Source: Myxococcales bacterium
GTDB lineage: Bacteria > Myxococcota_A > Polyangia > Polyangiales > DASUME01
Reading direction: 5' to 3'
Assembly: GCA_047601445.1 (NCBI GenBank)
Contig: JASGJH010000001.1
Coordinates: forward strand, 3,520,001 to 3,584,000
Length of the DNA stretch: 64,000 nucleotides
Shown: piece after piece, positions 18,544 to 28,897 of the stretch
Numbering within the stretch: the first letter of the stretch is position 1
Layout: every line of letters begins with the position of its first letter
Notes under the pieces: model-generated
Database searches by the model: none
What the model was told of the DNA's origin: nothing
What the model saw: only the letters and a program-made list of their open reading frames with translations
Position numbers and translations under genes: made by a program

Positions 18544-19894
18544 TCAGGGCAGGTTGAGGCTGATCAACCCCTCATCGGACGGCCAATTCGGGATCCGCAT
18601 GCTCACGTTGTGGGTCTCGAGCTCGATCCAGGCCGGCTCACGGGCGTCCACGAACACGTCCGAGGCAAACAGGAAGGGCACGAGCTGGGTGGCCCCGAGG
18701 TCGCTCTTCTGGTTCTGGTTCTGGTCAGACATGAACAGGCCCACCGTGGTGGTGTCCTTGCCGGCCAGCTGGTCGTTGAGCACCTCGGTGCCGTTGATCT
18801 TGAGGGACTGCCCGAGGTCGTGTCGGAACGAGCCCTGCAGATAGCGCGCCACCATGGTCACGTGGTTCGGGCCGCGCACCAGCTTGTCGGTGCTCAGGCT
18901 GGAGACCAGCGGATTCTTGGAGAAGCTCACGAAGCGCACCAGACGATTGCTGCGCCTGAAGGGCGCGAAGTACACGTGGCCGATCAACTTGTCCTGACCG
19001 TCGATGGCCTTGAACTCATACTGCTTGCCGCGGGCAAGCTTCACCGGCGCAGCCCTACCGTCGGCCCCTGGCGTGATGGTGACCACCGGCGCCCCGCGCT
19101 CGGTGGGAGAGTCTCCCATCTCGTAGACCTCGATGCGTCCATCGGTGACCGGCACGTTGTCGCCCAGAGTCTCGCCCAGGCCCTCGACGGTGATCTCGTT
19201 GTCGCCGCACTGGATCTCGGTGTACTGCGGGGGCTTACCCAGCAGGTACTTGTACATCTCGACGAAGGCCGGGGTGCTCGAGGCGCAATCGACGTGGTCC
19301 TCGTTGGCCATCAGCGTGACCGTGGACTCGGCACCTGGTGCGTGGTGAGGCATCGCGTTGAGGTCGTTGGTCGACGAGAGGCTCAGCGCGTGGACGCCCG
19401 CCGGGACCGCGGTCTCGCCCGACACGTTGATGTAGTGCGCCACCTTGGCCGCCCGGCCGGGGTCGCTCAGGTAGTTGATGCAATGCCCGGTGCCCTGCGA
19501 GTGCCCCACCAGCTCCACCTGGGTCTGCCCCGGGGTCTTGGCCAGGATCTCGTTCACCACGGCGTCGATCTTCGCGACGACCTCCTCGCCCTGGTTGGGA
19601 TTGATCAGAATCCACCGAGTTGTACTCGACCGCCACGATGCGATCCTGACAGTAGCCGTTGCTGCCGAAGAGCATGGCTGGGTGGGCGAACTGATCCCCG
19701 GAGCCGAGCGTGCCGTGCACGAACACGATGGGGGGCAGGGTCTTGTCGCAGGCGTCGTCCGAGACCACCACGTCGCACTTCTCCGGCAGCGTGCTGCCCT
19801 CGCTGGGCGTCTTGTCATCCGACCCGCAGCCCACCGCGAGCGCCGCCAGCGTCAGCAGCCACATCCTCTTCTTCGCACCGTTCATTTCAAGCAT
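18544..19894 (-). CDS. lipoprotein lipase/esterase (alpha/beta hydrolase plus C-terminal domain), +1 frameshift at 19608-19612
   Basis: Lipobox LAVGC, PIVFVHG, GHSQG and EDHV. Removing one base from GATTC joins VEYNSVD to LINPNQGEE. Confidence 0.85.
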
Positions 19895-20138
19895 TGGTTC
19901 TCCGAGGCTCTGCAAAATTGCCGCATCAACGTAGCGGTCGGTTGGCGCGTGCATCATAGGGACAAGCGGGGCCCCGCGGCACTCTCCCAGCTTGCCAAGT
20001 GCTTGACCCGCGGAGTCACGCCCCCGTCGCCACAGCTTGCGAGGCTTCTCACCGAATCGTGGCGGGCCTGCGATGGGCCGCAGCTAGGTCTTCGAAATGT
20101 CCCTCCAAACCTGACGGGACATGAGGAGTGTTACCGCA

Positions 20139-21197
20139 ATGACCAGCCGTCATCTTTGGCCCTGCCTGGGAGCGGGGCTGCTGAGCGCCATGAGCGCCGT
20201 GGCCTCTCCCGCCCTCGCGGACGGCCCGCTATCGCGGGCGATTGACCTGTTCGAACGCCTCGAGAAGACGCAGTTCGCCGTGATCGGCGACACGCCCTAC
20301 CGCGACACGGACATCCCGATGCTCGACGAGGTGCTGCGCGAGATCAACGCCTCGGGCATGGAGTTCACCGTGCACAACGGCGACATCAAGAGCGGCAGCT
20401 CCCTGTGCTCCGACGACTTGTTCCAGGTGCGCTTCAACCAGCTCCAGCAGCTGCGACGTCCCCTGGTCTACACGCCTGGCGACAACGAGTGGACCGACTG
20501 CCACCGCCCGGCCGCCGGCGGCTACCAGCCCCTCGAGCGCCTGGCCAAGATCCGCTCGCTGTTCTTCGCCAACCCCAACTTCACCACGGGCAAGCTGCCC
20601 ATGCGCGTGCGCAGCCAGAGCAGCGACCCCGCCTACGCGACCTTCGTGGAAAACGCGCTGTTCGTGAAGAACGACATCGTGTTCGCCACGGTGCACGTGG
20701 TGGGCAGCAACAACAACAGGGCGACTTGGAGCGGCATCGGCGAGACCGCCGCCGCCCCGCGTCAGGATCGCCTGGCCGAGGTCGCGGCGCGCACCGCCGC
20801 CGCGCTCGCGTGGATCGACAAGGCCTTCGACGAAGCGGAGGCGCGCGGCGCAGCGGGCGTGTTCCTGGCCATGCAGGCCAACCCGGCCTTCGAGTCCGCG
20901 CAGGGTTCGCCCGAACGCCTGGGCTTCGACGAGATCGTCCAGCGCATCTCGGATCGCACGGTAGCCTTCGCGCGCCCGGTGCTCGTGGCCCACGGCGACA
21001 GCCACTACTTCCGCTATGACAAGCCCCTGATCGCCCCCACCCTCTCGGTGGGACCGCGCCGCCTCGAGGACTTCGCGCGCCTCGAAAATTTCGGCGACAC
21101 CGACGTGCACTGGGTGGAGGTCGTCGCCGACCCCAAGACGCCCGAGGTGTTCCGCATCGTGGCGCACATCGTCCAGAGCAATCGCTTCGAGCGCTGA
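20139..21197 (+). CDS. secreted calcineurin-like metallophosphoesterase
   Basis: Signal peptide ending ALA, GDTPY, HNGDIKSG, PGDNEWTDCHR and HGDSH. GAGGAG RBS. Confidence 0.85.
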   Translation: MTSRHLWPCLGAGLLSAMSAVASPALADGPLSRAIDLFERLEKTQFAVIGDTPYRDTDIPMLDEVLREINASGMEFTVHNGDIKSGSSLCSDDLFQVRFNQLQQLRRPLVYTPGDNEWTDCHRPAAGGYQPLERLAKIRSLFFANPNFTTGKLPMRVRSQSSDPAYATFVENALFVKNDIVFATVHVVGSNNNRATWSGIGETAAAPRQDRLAEVAARTAAALAWIDKAFDEAEARGAAGVFLAMQANPAFESAQGSPERLGFDEIVQRISDRTVAFARPVLVAHGDSHYFRYDKPLIAPTLSVGPRRLEDFARLENFGDTDVHWVEVVADPKTPEVFRIVAHIVQSNRFER

Positions 21198-21280
21198 GAT
21201 CACGCCTGCACGAAGCCAGGTGACGCAAATGTCACGCGCACGTCGGACGGGAGCCGTCTTTCGACACTAGACCCGGCTCC

Positions 21281-22171
21281 ATGTCCGACTCCTTGCGAAA
21301 CCACGTCGTACTCATCACGGGCGCCACCAGCGGCATCGGCCTCGTCGCCACGCGCTCGCTGCTGGCACGGGGCGCCAGGGTCTTCGCGACCTATCGCTCG
21401 GGCGCCAAGGCCAACCAGGTGTTCGCCGATCTGCCCCGCGAGGACTCGGAGCGCCTGAGCGTCTTGCCCCTCGAGCTGGGCGACTTCGACTCGGTGCAGG
21501 CCTGCGCCGAGCGGTTCCTCGCCACGGGTCTGCCGCTGCACGTCCTGGTCAACAACGCGGGTCTGGCCGGCGTCCGTGGGCGCACCTCCTCGGGCTTCGA
21601 GTCCGCCTTCGGGGTCAACCACGTCGGCCACTTCCTGCTCACTCGGCTGCTCCTGGATCGCCTGCTCGCTTCCGCCCCCGCGCGCATCGTCAACGTGGGC
21701 AGCCGCGCCCATCGCCGGGTGCAGGGTATCGACTTCGCGCGCGTCACCGAGCCCACCCGCTCCCTGACGGGCATCCACGAGTACAACGTCTCCAAGCTGG
21801 CCAACTTGTTGTTCAGCGCCGAGCTCGGTCGCCGCCTGGCGGGCACCGGTGTCCACACCTACGCGCTCCACCCCGGCGTGGTCGATACGCCGTTCTGGCG
21901 CGCCGTGCCGGCCGTGGTGCGGCCCCTGCTCAAGCTGCGCGGCATGATCTCCCCCGAAGCCGGCGCGCGCACCCTGCTCCACTGCGTCGGCGCCCCCGAA
22001 CTCGCGCAGGAGAGCGGCCTCTACTACGCGGATTGCCAGGTCGCTACGCCCACGACGGTCGCCCGAGACGGTGAGCTCGCCAGCCTATTGTGGCAACGCT
22101 CGGTGGCCTGGGTACGCCCTGCCCTGGGCCCCATTCCTGCCCAGGCAGTTTGGGATCCAGTTGGACCGTAG
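21281..22171 (+). CDS. SDR family oxidoreductase (retinol dehydrogenase/WWOX-like)
   Basis: TGATSGIG, NNAG, VNHVGHFLLT, YNVSK and LHPGVV. Confidence 0.92.
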   Translation: MSDSLRNHVVLITGATSGIGLVATRSLLARGARVFATYRSGAKANQVFADLPREDSERLSVLPLELGDFDSVQACAERFLATGLPLHVLVNNAGLAGVRGRTSSGFESAFGVNHVGHFLLTRLLLDRLLASAPARIVNVGSRAHRRVQGIDFARVTEPTRSLTGIHEYNVSKLANLLFSAELGRRLAGTGVHTYALHPGVVDTPFWRAVPAVVRPLLKLRGMISPEAGARTLLHCVGAPELAQESGLYYADCQVATPTTVARDGELASLLWQRSVAWVRPALGPIPAQAVWDPVGP

Positions 22172-22183
22172 TATCTTGGTGGG

Positions 22184-23272
22184 GTGCACGTTCAAGGCAC
22201 CTGTCATGTGTATCAAGCCATCGACTTGGGCTTTGCCATCGACCTCGCACGCGCCGAGCGGCTGCTCTCGGTGGACCCCATTCAACAGAACTTCAAGCGT
22301 CCGCGCAGAGCCACCGAGGCCGCGCAGCTGCAGCGCCACTCCTTGCGGGTCGCCCAGAGCGGCTTCCCGGTCCAGATCGGCAACTTCCGCACCGAGGGGC
22401 CCGTCGAGATCGTGCTCTGGGAATTCGGCGCCGCCACCATCGGCTACCAGATTCCCATCGACGGCACGCTGGCAGACCTGGTCCCGCTCTCCGATCAACT
22501 CTGGGACCATGGCGAGCTAATCGGCGACGCGCGGCGCCGGGCCGAGCACTTACTCATCACCATCCGCGAAGCGGTGGACAAGCCACGCCTCGGGGAGCGC
22601 ATCGAGGACTACGTGGTGTTCGAGCTGCGTTTGCCCGAGCGCGCGCCGGTGAATGGCCTGTGGACGGCCCACGCGGCGACCACGGCGAGCATCCTGCGCG
22701 CGGAGCCGGGCCCCCTCTCCGAGCAGGAGATCGCCGAGGCGCTCAGCCTGCGCTGCGCTTACCTGCCCGACGAAGTGGCCCTGATCGACTGGTTCGCTGC
22801 CTTGCTGGTGGGCGACGACATGGAAGACGAGCGGCTGGTGCTCGAGCTGACCGTGGCGGAGCTGCTCGAGCTGCGCACCTTGGACGATCAACTCGATCGC
22901 GGCGTGGACGCTGCCTACAACGTGCTCACGCGCAAGCGCAGTTGGCTCTCCTCGCTGTGGATGCGCGGCCCGGACCTGGCGGAGATCTCCCAGCTGCAGG
23001 CCGATGCGGCCGTGCTCTTCGAGGGCGTCGACAATGCCCTCAAGCTGCTCGGCGACCAATACCTGGCGCGCCTTTACCACGTGGCCTCCGAGCGCTTTCA
23101 CCTGCCGCAATGGGATACGGCCATCGAGCGCAAACTGAGGTTGCTCGACGGCATCTACGAGAAGCTCGCCACTCGCGCCTCGAGTCGCCGCTTCGAGCTG
23201 CTGGAGGTGGTGATCATCGTGCTGATCGCGATCTCGACCGTGGCGCCTTTCTTGCCGAAGTTCTGGCAGTGA
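22184..23272 (+). CDS. RMD1/DUF155-like protein
   Basis: FGAATI, DNALKLLGDQYLARLY, WDTAIERKL, and C-terminal TM LEVVIIVLIA. Confidence 0.75.
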   Translation: MHVQGTCHVYQAIDLGFAIDLARAERLLSVDPIQQNFKRPRRATEAAQLQRHSLRVAQSGFPVQIGNFRTEGPVEIVLWEFGAATIGYQIPIDGTLADLVPLSDQLWDHGELIGDARRRAEHLLITIREAVDKPRLGERIEDYVVFELRLPERAPVNGLWTAHAATTASILRAEPGPLSEQEIAEALSLRCAYLPDEVALIDWFAALLVGDDMEDERLVLELTVAELLELRTLDDQLDRGVDAAYNVLTRKRSWLSSLWMRGPDLAEISQLQADAAVLFEGVDNALKLLGDQYLARLYHVASERFHLPQWDTAIERKLRLLDGIYEKLATRASSRRFELLEVVIIVLIAISTVAPFLPKFWQ

Positions 23273-23750
23273 GCTGCGCCTCGAGCACGCTGCGCTCCTG
23301 GCCCCCGCGCCGCTGCACGCGCTCGGCCCCGCCAAGCTGCTCGAGCACGGCCACGAGCGCCTCACGCGCCGCCCCCTGAGCGCGCGCCGAGCCCCCGGAC
23401 AGCGCACGACGCTCGAGCTCGGGACCAACCTCGCTCCGAGAGACGCAGGTTACGCACTCGGGCATCCGCGCTCTCCCCGTACTCCACGTATCCCAGGGAC
23501 AGCGGCTCCAGGCTCTTAGGATGCCGCCTGCTGGGTCACCCCCAGCAGCTGCGCCAGCTGGCTCACGCCGCACGCGCTGTTCCCCACCTTTCGAGACGGC
23601 AAGGTCTGCGAGCTACGCGACTACGACTGCTTCGAGCCCTTCCAGAGATTGCGGTCCGCCGACGTGGAGGGCGCGGACACCGCTCCAGTCCAGTAACCTC
23701 CAACACGCCGTGAGACGCTGCGCGAGTAGTTCGCTCCGTGACGCGCAGCA

Positions 23751-23766
23751 TGGCCACAAACTTGCA
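23751..23766 (+). promoter_or_regulatory. putative sigma54 -24/-12 promoter
   Basis: TGGCCACAAACTTGCA fits GG-N10-GC with a TTGCA -12 box. It lies ~110 nt upstream of CDS 23878 in a ~600 bp intergenic region. Confidence 0.55.
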
Positions 23767-23877
23767 GCGACGCTCCGTCACAGCGCGCGAAGAACCCGTG
23801 CTCGCGGGGAGATTTTGCCCCGTGGACGACACGTTTTTGTCATGATGTGAAAATCAAGCGTCGAGGAGTTCACACAC

Positions 23878-24783
23878 ATGGACCAAGTGGCGACTGGCGT
23901 GCGGATCTGGTGGATCTTTCTCTGCAGTCTGACGCTCTTCAATCTGGGCTTCTGGATCGCCTCATGTGTGACCTTCATGCGTCGACGCGTCACGGCACCG
24001 CGCGCGTACACGGCACGTTGGCCCCACGTGCTCTTGTCGCTGACGTACGTGCTCGGCTGCGGCTTCCGCTCGATCCTTCCGCGCGCCGACGTGCAGCGCA
24101 TGTGTCTGTACGACTCGTTCCTCTCGAGCGTGCTGGTGGGCCGATCGGTGGCCACCATCGCCGAGCTCGCCTTCGCGGTGCAATGGGCGTTGCTCCTCTA
24201 CGAGCTGTCCCAGGCCGAGCACGACCGCTTTGGAATGCGGGTCGCTCGTGTCGTGGTGCCGCTCATCTTCGTGGCCGAGATCTGTTCTTGGTACGCCGTG
24301 TTGACCACGAACTACCTGGGTAACGCGATGGAGCAGTCGATCTGGACCTTCTCGGCGGCCTTGATGACGGTGGCGCTATTTGGGCTCTGGAAGAAGACCT
24401 ACGGCCAGCTGCGCGGCTTCCTCACGGTGGCGATGATCGTCTGCGTAGGCTTCGTGTGCTTCATGTGCACGGTGGACGTGCCGATGTACCTCACGCGCTT
24501 CCAGGCAGACCTCGCGCACGGGCGCCCGTTCCTCAGCCTCGGCGAGGGGCTGCGCGACGTCTCGGAGCGTTGGGTCGTGATCCACAGCTGGCAGGAGTGG
24601 CGCGACGAGATCAGCTGGATGTCGCTCTACTTCAGCGTCGCCGTGTGGGTCAGCATCTCGCTGGTGCATGCCCCCCACTCACGCCGCTCGTTCCGGAGCT
24701 CGTTGTTTGGGAAGGCTAACTCGGGTGACAAGGACGGACGCTTCTCGGAGATGGGGACGAATCCGGGGATGATCAAGAATTGA
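23878..24783 (+). CDS. multi-pass membrane protein of unknown function
   Basis: GAGGAG RBS, about 7 hydrophobic segments, conserved-looking RSILPRADVQR, GRSVATIAE and VDVPMY. Confidence 0.85.
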   Translation: MDQVATGVRIWWIFLCSLTLFNLGFWIASCVTFMRRRVTAPRAYTARWPHVLLSLTYVLGCGFRSILPRADVQRMCLYDSFLSSVLVGRSVATIAELAFAVQWALLLYELSQAEHDRFGMRVARVVVPLIFVAEICSWYAVLTTNYLGNAMEQSIWTFSAALMTVALFGLWKKTYGQLRGFLTVAMIVCVGFVCFMCTVDVPMYLTRFQADLAHGRPFLSLGEGLRDVSERWVVIHSWQEWRDEISWMSLYFSVAVWVSISLVHAPHSRRSFRSSLFGKANSGDKDGRFSEMGTNPGMIKN

Positions 24784-24880
24784 GGCTGACTGCGGCGTAG
24801 TAGTTGCGGCCCGTCGCCGTCGCCGTTGACCCACCATCTCCAACCGTTGACGACTCCCTCTCCTCCTCACGTCATCATCA

Positions 24881-25552
24881 TCAGTCCCACTTCCCCACTT
24901 CCTTCGCATACTGCCCCTGGGTCCTCTCCACCTGCTTGCGCAGTCCGACCAGGGTGTCGTAGGGCACGGCTTGCGAGGCGTTGCGCACGGCCCACTCGGG
25001 GTGGTTGCCGCCGGGGTCCACGCGCATCAACAGCTCCACGAAGGTGCTGGCGTCATCCATCTTGCGCAGCGAGAAGACGGTTTCGCACTGCTTGATGCGC
25101 ACGACCTTGGGCACCTCGGCCTTCTCCCCGGGCAGGCACACCAGGCGTACGCGGAACTCCTGTCCTGGCTTCACGACTTCCACGGTCCGCTTCATCACCA
25201 GGTCGCGGTCGCGCACGGGCCAGGTCTGATCGGAGCGCGAGTAGACGATCTCGGTCTTGTCGTCGATGCTGCGCAGCACGTGCGCTTCGGCCACGTCTTT
25301 GGCCCACTCCTTGGAACGTGCATCGTCGAGCACCACGGCCAGGACCTGCAGCACCGAGCCCTGCACCTTGCCCGTGCCACGATAGGCTGGGATCGCCCGG
25401 CCAGGCTCTTCCTTCTCGCTGACCGAGATGCCGCTCTTCTTCTCGATCTCTTGCCAGCCAGTGTCTTCTGCCCAGGCGGCGGAGCCGACGAGCGAACTCG
25501 TGGCAAGCACGCCCGAGAGGATGAGAGGGATTCTTGCGCTTCGCATACTCAT
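24881..25552 (-). CDS. secreted START-domain (lipid-binding) protein
   Basis: Signal peptide, WQEIEKKSGISV, WPVRDRD and VDPGGNHPEWAV. Confidence 0.85.
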   Translation of the reverse strand: MSMRSARIPLILSGVLATSSLVGSAAWAEDTGWQEIEKKSGISVSEKEEPGRAIPAYRGTGKVQGSVLQVLAVVLDDARSKEWAKDVAEAHVLRSIDDKTEIVYSRSDQTWPVRDRDLVMKRTVEVVKPGQEFRVRLVCLPGEKAEVPKVVRIKQCETVFSLRKMDDASTFVELLMRVDPGGNHPEWAVRNASQAVPYDTLVGLRKQVERTQGQYAKEVGKWD

Positions 25553-25678
25553 CACTATGCAGGGCCCCGATTGGGGAGCCAGCACGACCTCGCGGGCGGA
25601 CAAAAACGACACAGAGGGCGCCGCGCTACGCCGCGCGTTTTCGGGCGCTTGTGGCGTATTGGATGGGCCTGCTCCGAC

Positions 25679-27028
25679 TCAGCGCTCGATGATCACCTCG
25701 ACGCGGCGACTGCCGGCATTGGTGTTCTGCGGGTTGGCCACGCCTCGGCCCACCATCTCGATGCGCTCGGCCGCGATGCCGTGGGACATCAGGTACTCCC
25801 TCACTGCATTGGCGCGTGACTCCGAGAGCTCCTGGTTCATGACCTGGTCGCCGCGTGGGTCGGCATAGCCGCGCAGGCGCACCTTCGCCTCGGGATGCTG
25901 GGTCAGCGTCGCCACCACCTGGTGCAGCACGGGACGGTTCAGGGGTCGGCTCGAGCTGGTTTCGAAATGCACCACGCGAGTCTCGGGCTCGAGGCGGGCC
26001 GCGACGGGCTCTGCAGCGGGCGCCGGGGGCTCGGCGACGGGCGCCACTGGCGCCACAGCGTGCACGGAAGGCGCGGGCGGGGTCTGGACGGCCTCGCGGA
26101 CTTCGATGGCCTCCTCCACCTGTGGCCGCTGTACGGCCTCGGGCCGCTGCAATTCGGTCGGGGGTGCGACTGGAAGACTCGTTGGTGCGACCGGAAGGCT
26201 CGGTGGCGCAGTGACCACGGTGCGCACAGGACGCTCGGGTCGATCGCGGCCCATGCGCATCAGGCTGAACAGCCCAAAGAGCGCGATCGGCAGGAGCAAC
26301 CACCAGAGCCCGCTCGAGCGGCGCTCGGGCGCGACCGCCGTGCGGCGCGTTAGCTCTGGCGTGCGGCGCACCTCACCGGGCAAGGGCGGCGGCACGGGCG
26401 CAGGCGGCACGATCTCGGGCGTGTCGTAGGCATGGGTCTCGAAGGCGCGCTCCGAGTAGAAGACCTTCTGCCCATGCGCCTTGGCCGCCTCTTCGGTGCG
26501 CCCGAACAGGGCGCTCAATCCGCTCGGCAAGAGCCCCGAAGCTTTCCTGCCTTCCTCGCTCAGTAGGCGCGACAGTCCGCGCGCGTCGAGCGACCGCGAC
26601 TGGCTCTCGCGCTGCAGCGCGCCGAGCACGATGGGTGCCGCGATGCCGAGCAACGTGGTGGCCGATGAACGACTCACGCCGCTGGTTCCCGCGAGCGAAT
26701 CGAGGATGCCGTCGAGTTTGCCGCCGAAGAGCCGGCCGAGAAAGCCGCTGCTCGACTGCGTGAGCCTGTGCGTGGCGGCTGGATCGCGCACCAACGAGCC
26801 GAGCTCGCTGGCCTCGACGTGGGGGAAGTCCCCGCCCTTCAGCGTCCCGAGCAACTCGGACGCCTTCTGCTCCGAAGAGAACTGCGAGGCCAATCCGGCC
26901 ATCGACAGTGGCAGCGCGCTCTCGAGGCCCTTGCGGGTCGCGCTCTGACTCTCGTGCATCTGAGAGCTCAGGCGCTCCACCGAGTCGCCCTTCAACGCGA
27001 GCCCCATGATGTCCATCATGCTCTCCAT
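25679..27028 (-). CDS. DUF937 + TM + OmpA_C protein
   Basis: N-terminal helical DUF937-like region (SGVSRSSATTLLGIAAPIVLG), TM WWLLLP, Pro-rich linker, GYADPRG..NQELSESRA..RRVEV. GGAGG RBS. Confidence 0.88.
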   Translation of the reverse strand: MESMMDIMGLALKGDSVERLSSQMHESQSATRKGLESALPLSMAGLASQFSSEQKASELLGTLKGGDFPHVEASELGSLVRDPAATHRLTQSSSGFLGRLFGGKLDGILDSLAGTSGVSRSSATTLLGIAAPIVLGALQRESQSRSLDARGLSRLLSEEGRKASGLLPSGLSALFGRTEEAAKAHGQKVFYSERAFETHAYDTPEIVPPAPVPPPLPGEVRRTPELTRRTAVAPERRSSGLWWLLLPIALFGLFSLMRMGRDRPERPVRTVVTAPPSLPVAPTSLPVAPPTELQRPEAVQRPQVEEAIEVREAVQTPPAPSVHAVAPVAPVAEPPAPAAEPVAARLEPETRVVHFETSSSRPLNRPVLHQVVATLTQHPEAKVRLRGYADPRGDQVMNQELSESRANAVREYLMSHGIAAERIEMVGRGVANPQNTNAGSRRVEVIIER

Positions 27029-27297
27029 CCGAGCACCTCCTCCTTTGCGTCCCTTCCACCCTGCCGCCCTTCGAGCGGCCTCGCAAAGGAGCAGTGCGCC
27101 AGCTGCCCGAACGCGCAGCGCGCACATGACGACCTGCCGTCTCTTCGAGAGCGTGCGCAGGCGCGCAGACTGCGCTCACTTGTCAGCAGACGCGCGAAAA
27201 AGCGTGGGGCACGTCGCTCACGCGGACATCGCATACGGGACAGCACCCGCGAGCGACGCAAGGTCTGCTCGAGTGCTCCGTAGAGCCCGAGGATGTC

Positions 27298-27738
27298 CTA
27301 GCGGGCCTGAGCGCGAGCGGTGCCGAACGCGAGCTCGCGCCGGGCCAGCGCGAGCAGCTCGCCGCTGCTCTCCAGCAACTCGAAGCGCCCGCCGACAGCC
27401 AGGTTCACCGTGCGCACGGCCAGGGAGATCAGCGGAGAGCGCACCCCGATCGCGACGCGGCGCACCTTGCGGAAGGTGGACACGGACCAGGTCGACATCC
27501 GGGTGTGAACGCTGATTTCATAGCTCTCGACCTCGAACAGGTCGTGGATGATCGCGACCTCCCGGGGTCGCTCTCGAATCGCGTCCTCCACGGCCGCGAT
27601 GATGCTCTCGGCGTGCTCCGACACCATGCGCCCCGAGGCCTGAGAGAACACCAGTCCGGGTCGAGCGGTCCAGAGGCGAACGCAGCCGTCGGGGGCCTCG
27701 ACGACCTTGGACGGCGTCACACCGAGCTCGGTCAACAT
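27298..27738 (-). CDS. hypothetical protein (myxobacterial STAS/SEC14-like)
   Basis: IIHDLFEVESYE...VRSPLISLAVRTVNLAVGG pattern and GC3 bias. Confidence 0.6.
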   Translation of the reverse strand: MLTELGVTPSKVVEAPDGCVRLWTARPGLVFSQASGRMVSEHAESIIAAVEDAIRERPREVAIIHDLFEVESYEISVHTRMSTWSVSTFRKVRRVAIGVRSPLISLAVRTVNLAVGGRFELLESSGELLALARRELAFGTARAQAR

Positions 27739-27847
27739 GCATCGAGGGTATCAAAACGCTCAGGCGACGTGCACAGATTCAGGCGAATTTCGTCGGGTGG
27801 GCCGCGCGCCGCCGGGGTAGCTGGCCGCCACACATCGACAGGAAGAC

Positions 27848-28897
27848 TCAGGCTCGGACGAGACGCAGTAAGGTGCTGTTGCGCACGGAGTCCGCAAGCA
27901 GGAAGGGCGGATCCGAGTCGGGCTTTCCCTGCAGGGCCCGGCGCACCCGGAAGCTGGCGAGGGCGCAGGTCCACGCCAGGTCTGCCAGCACCGCGTAGAC
28001 CGTGCCGTGGTTCTTCACGAAGTAGCGGTGCCGCGAGTCGAACACGTACTGCGGCCGGCGCTTGGGCGGCCCGGTGCGATCCGTCACCCCGGTGCTCTGT
28101 CCCGCGATGTGCATGACGCGACTGTCGGGCACGTACCAGCAGGGCCAACCAGCTCGCTTGGCGCGCAGACAGAAGTCGGTCTCCTCGTAGTAGAGGAAGA
28201 ACTCCTCGTCCATCAGTCCGATACTCTCGAACACATCGCGCCGAATCATCATGCTGGCACCGGGCAGCCAGTCCACGCGCTCGGCCCGATCTCCCATCTT
28301 CACGGGGACCTCCCAGCGGCTGAGCATGCGGGTGAGGGGCCCGAGCCGCGCGCCCCCCTCCAGCTCGCCCAACACACTGGGGAACCGAAACGCGGTGGAC
28401 CACAGGCTGCCATCTGGGTTCTCCAGGCAGCTCCCCGCGATGCCCACGCGCGGGTGCGCGTCCATGAACGCCGCCAACTCCGAGAGCGCGCCCGGACGCA
28501 CCTGACAGTCCGGATTGAGCAGCATGAACAGACCTGGCGCGCGCGCCTGGCTGAGCGCCTCGCGAATGGGAAGGTTGTTCCCGTAGGCGTAGCCGCCATT
28601 GCGCGGCGCCTCGATGCAAACCGCCCAGCCGGTGAAGCCGTCGTCCACGATGGCCGCCGCGATACGCTCCCTGGAGCCGTCGGCCGAGTCGTTGTCGACC
28701 ACCACCGTGCGCAGCCCTGGCATCGACGCGGCCTCGCCGGACAACGAGCGCAGGCAATCGATGCTGAGCGCCGCGGTGCGGTAGTTCACGATCACGACCA
28801 GCACCTCACACCCGGGCAACAAGGGTCGCAGGGGCTGCAAGGGATCCTGGGAAGTGCGTTTCATGGGTTTCCTCTCCTCTCGAGGGCGGGCGTTCAC
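27848..28897 (-). CDS. glycosyltransferase family 2
   Basis: VIVNYRT, VVDNDSADGS, NGGYAYGNN, LLNPD, GASMMIR and FFLYYEETDFC. GTG start overlaps the NRPS stop by 4 nt; alternative ATG at 28864. Confidence 0.93.
   Translation of the reverse strand: MNARPREERKPMKRTSQDPLQPLRPLLPGCEVLVVIVNYRTAALSIDCLRSLSGEAASMPGLRTVVVDNDSADGSRERIAAAIVDDGFTGWAVCIEAPRNGGYAYGNNLPIREALSQARAPGLFMLLNPDCQVRPGALSELAAFMDAHPRVGIAGSCLENPDGSLWSTAFRFPSVLGELEGGARLGPLTRMLSRWEVPVKMGDRAERVDWLPGASMMIRRDVFESIGLMDEEFFLYYEETDFCLRAKRAGWPCWYVPDSRVMHIAGQSTGVTDRTGPPKRRPQYVFDSRHRYFVKNHGTVYAVLADLAWTCALASFRVRRALQGKPDSDPPFLLADSVRNSTLLRLVRA

Noticed and set aside
23214..23573. Minus-strand ORF in the 23.3-23.9 kb gap
   Set aside because: No recognisable motif or RBS, and it overlaps the end of the RMD1-like gene. 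A decayed remnant cannot be excluded.
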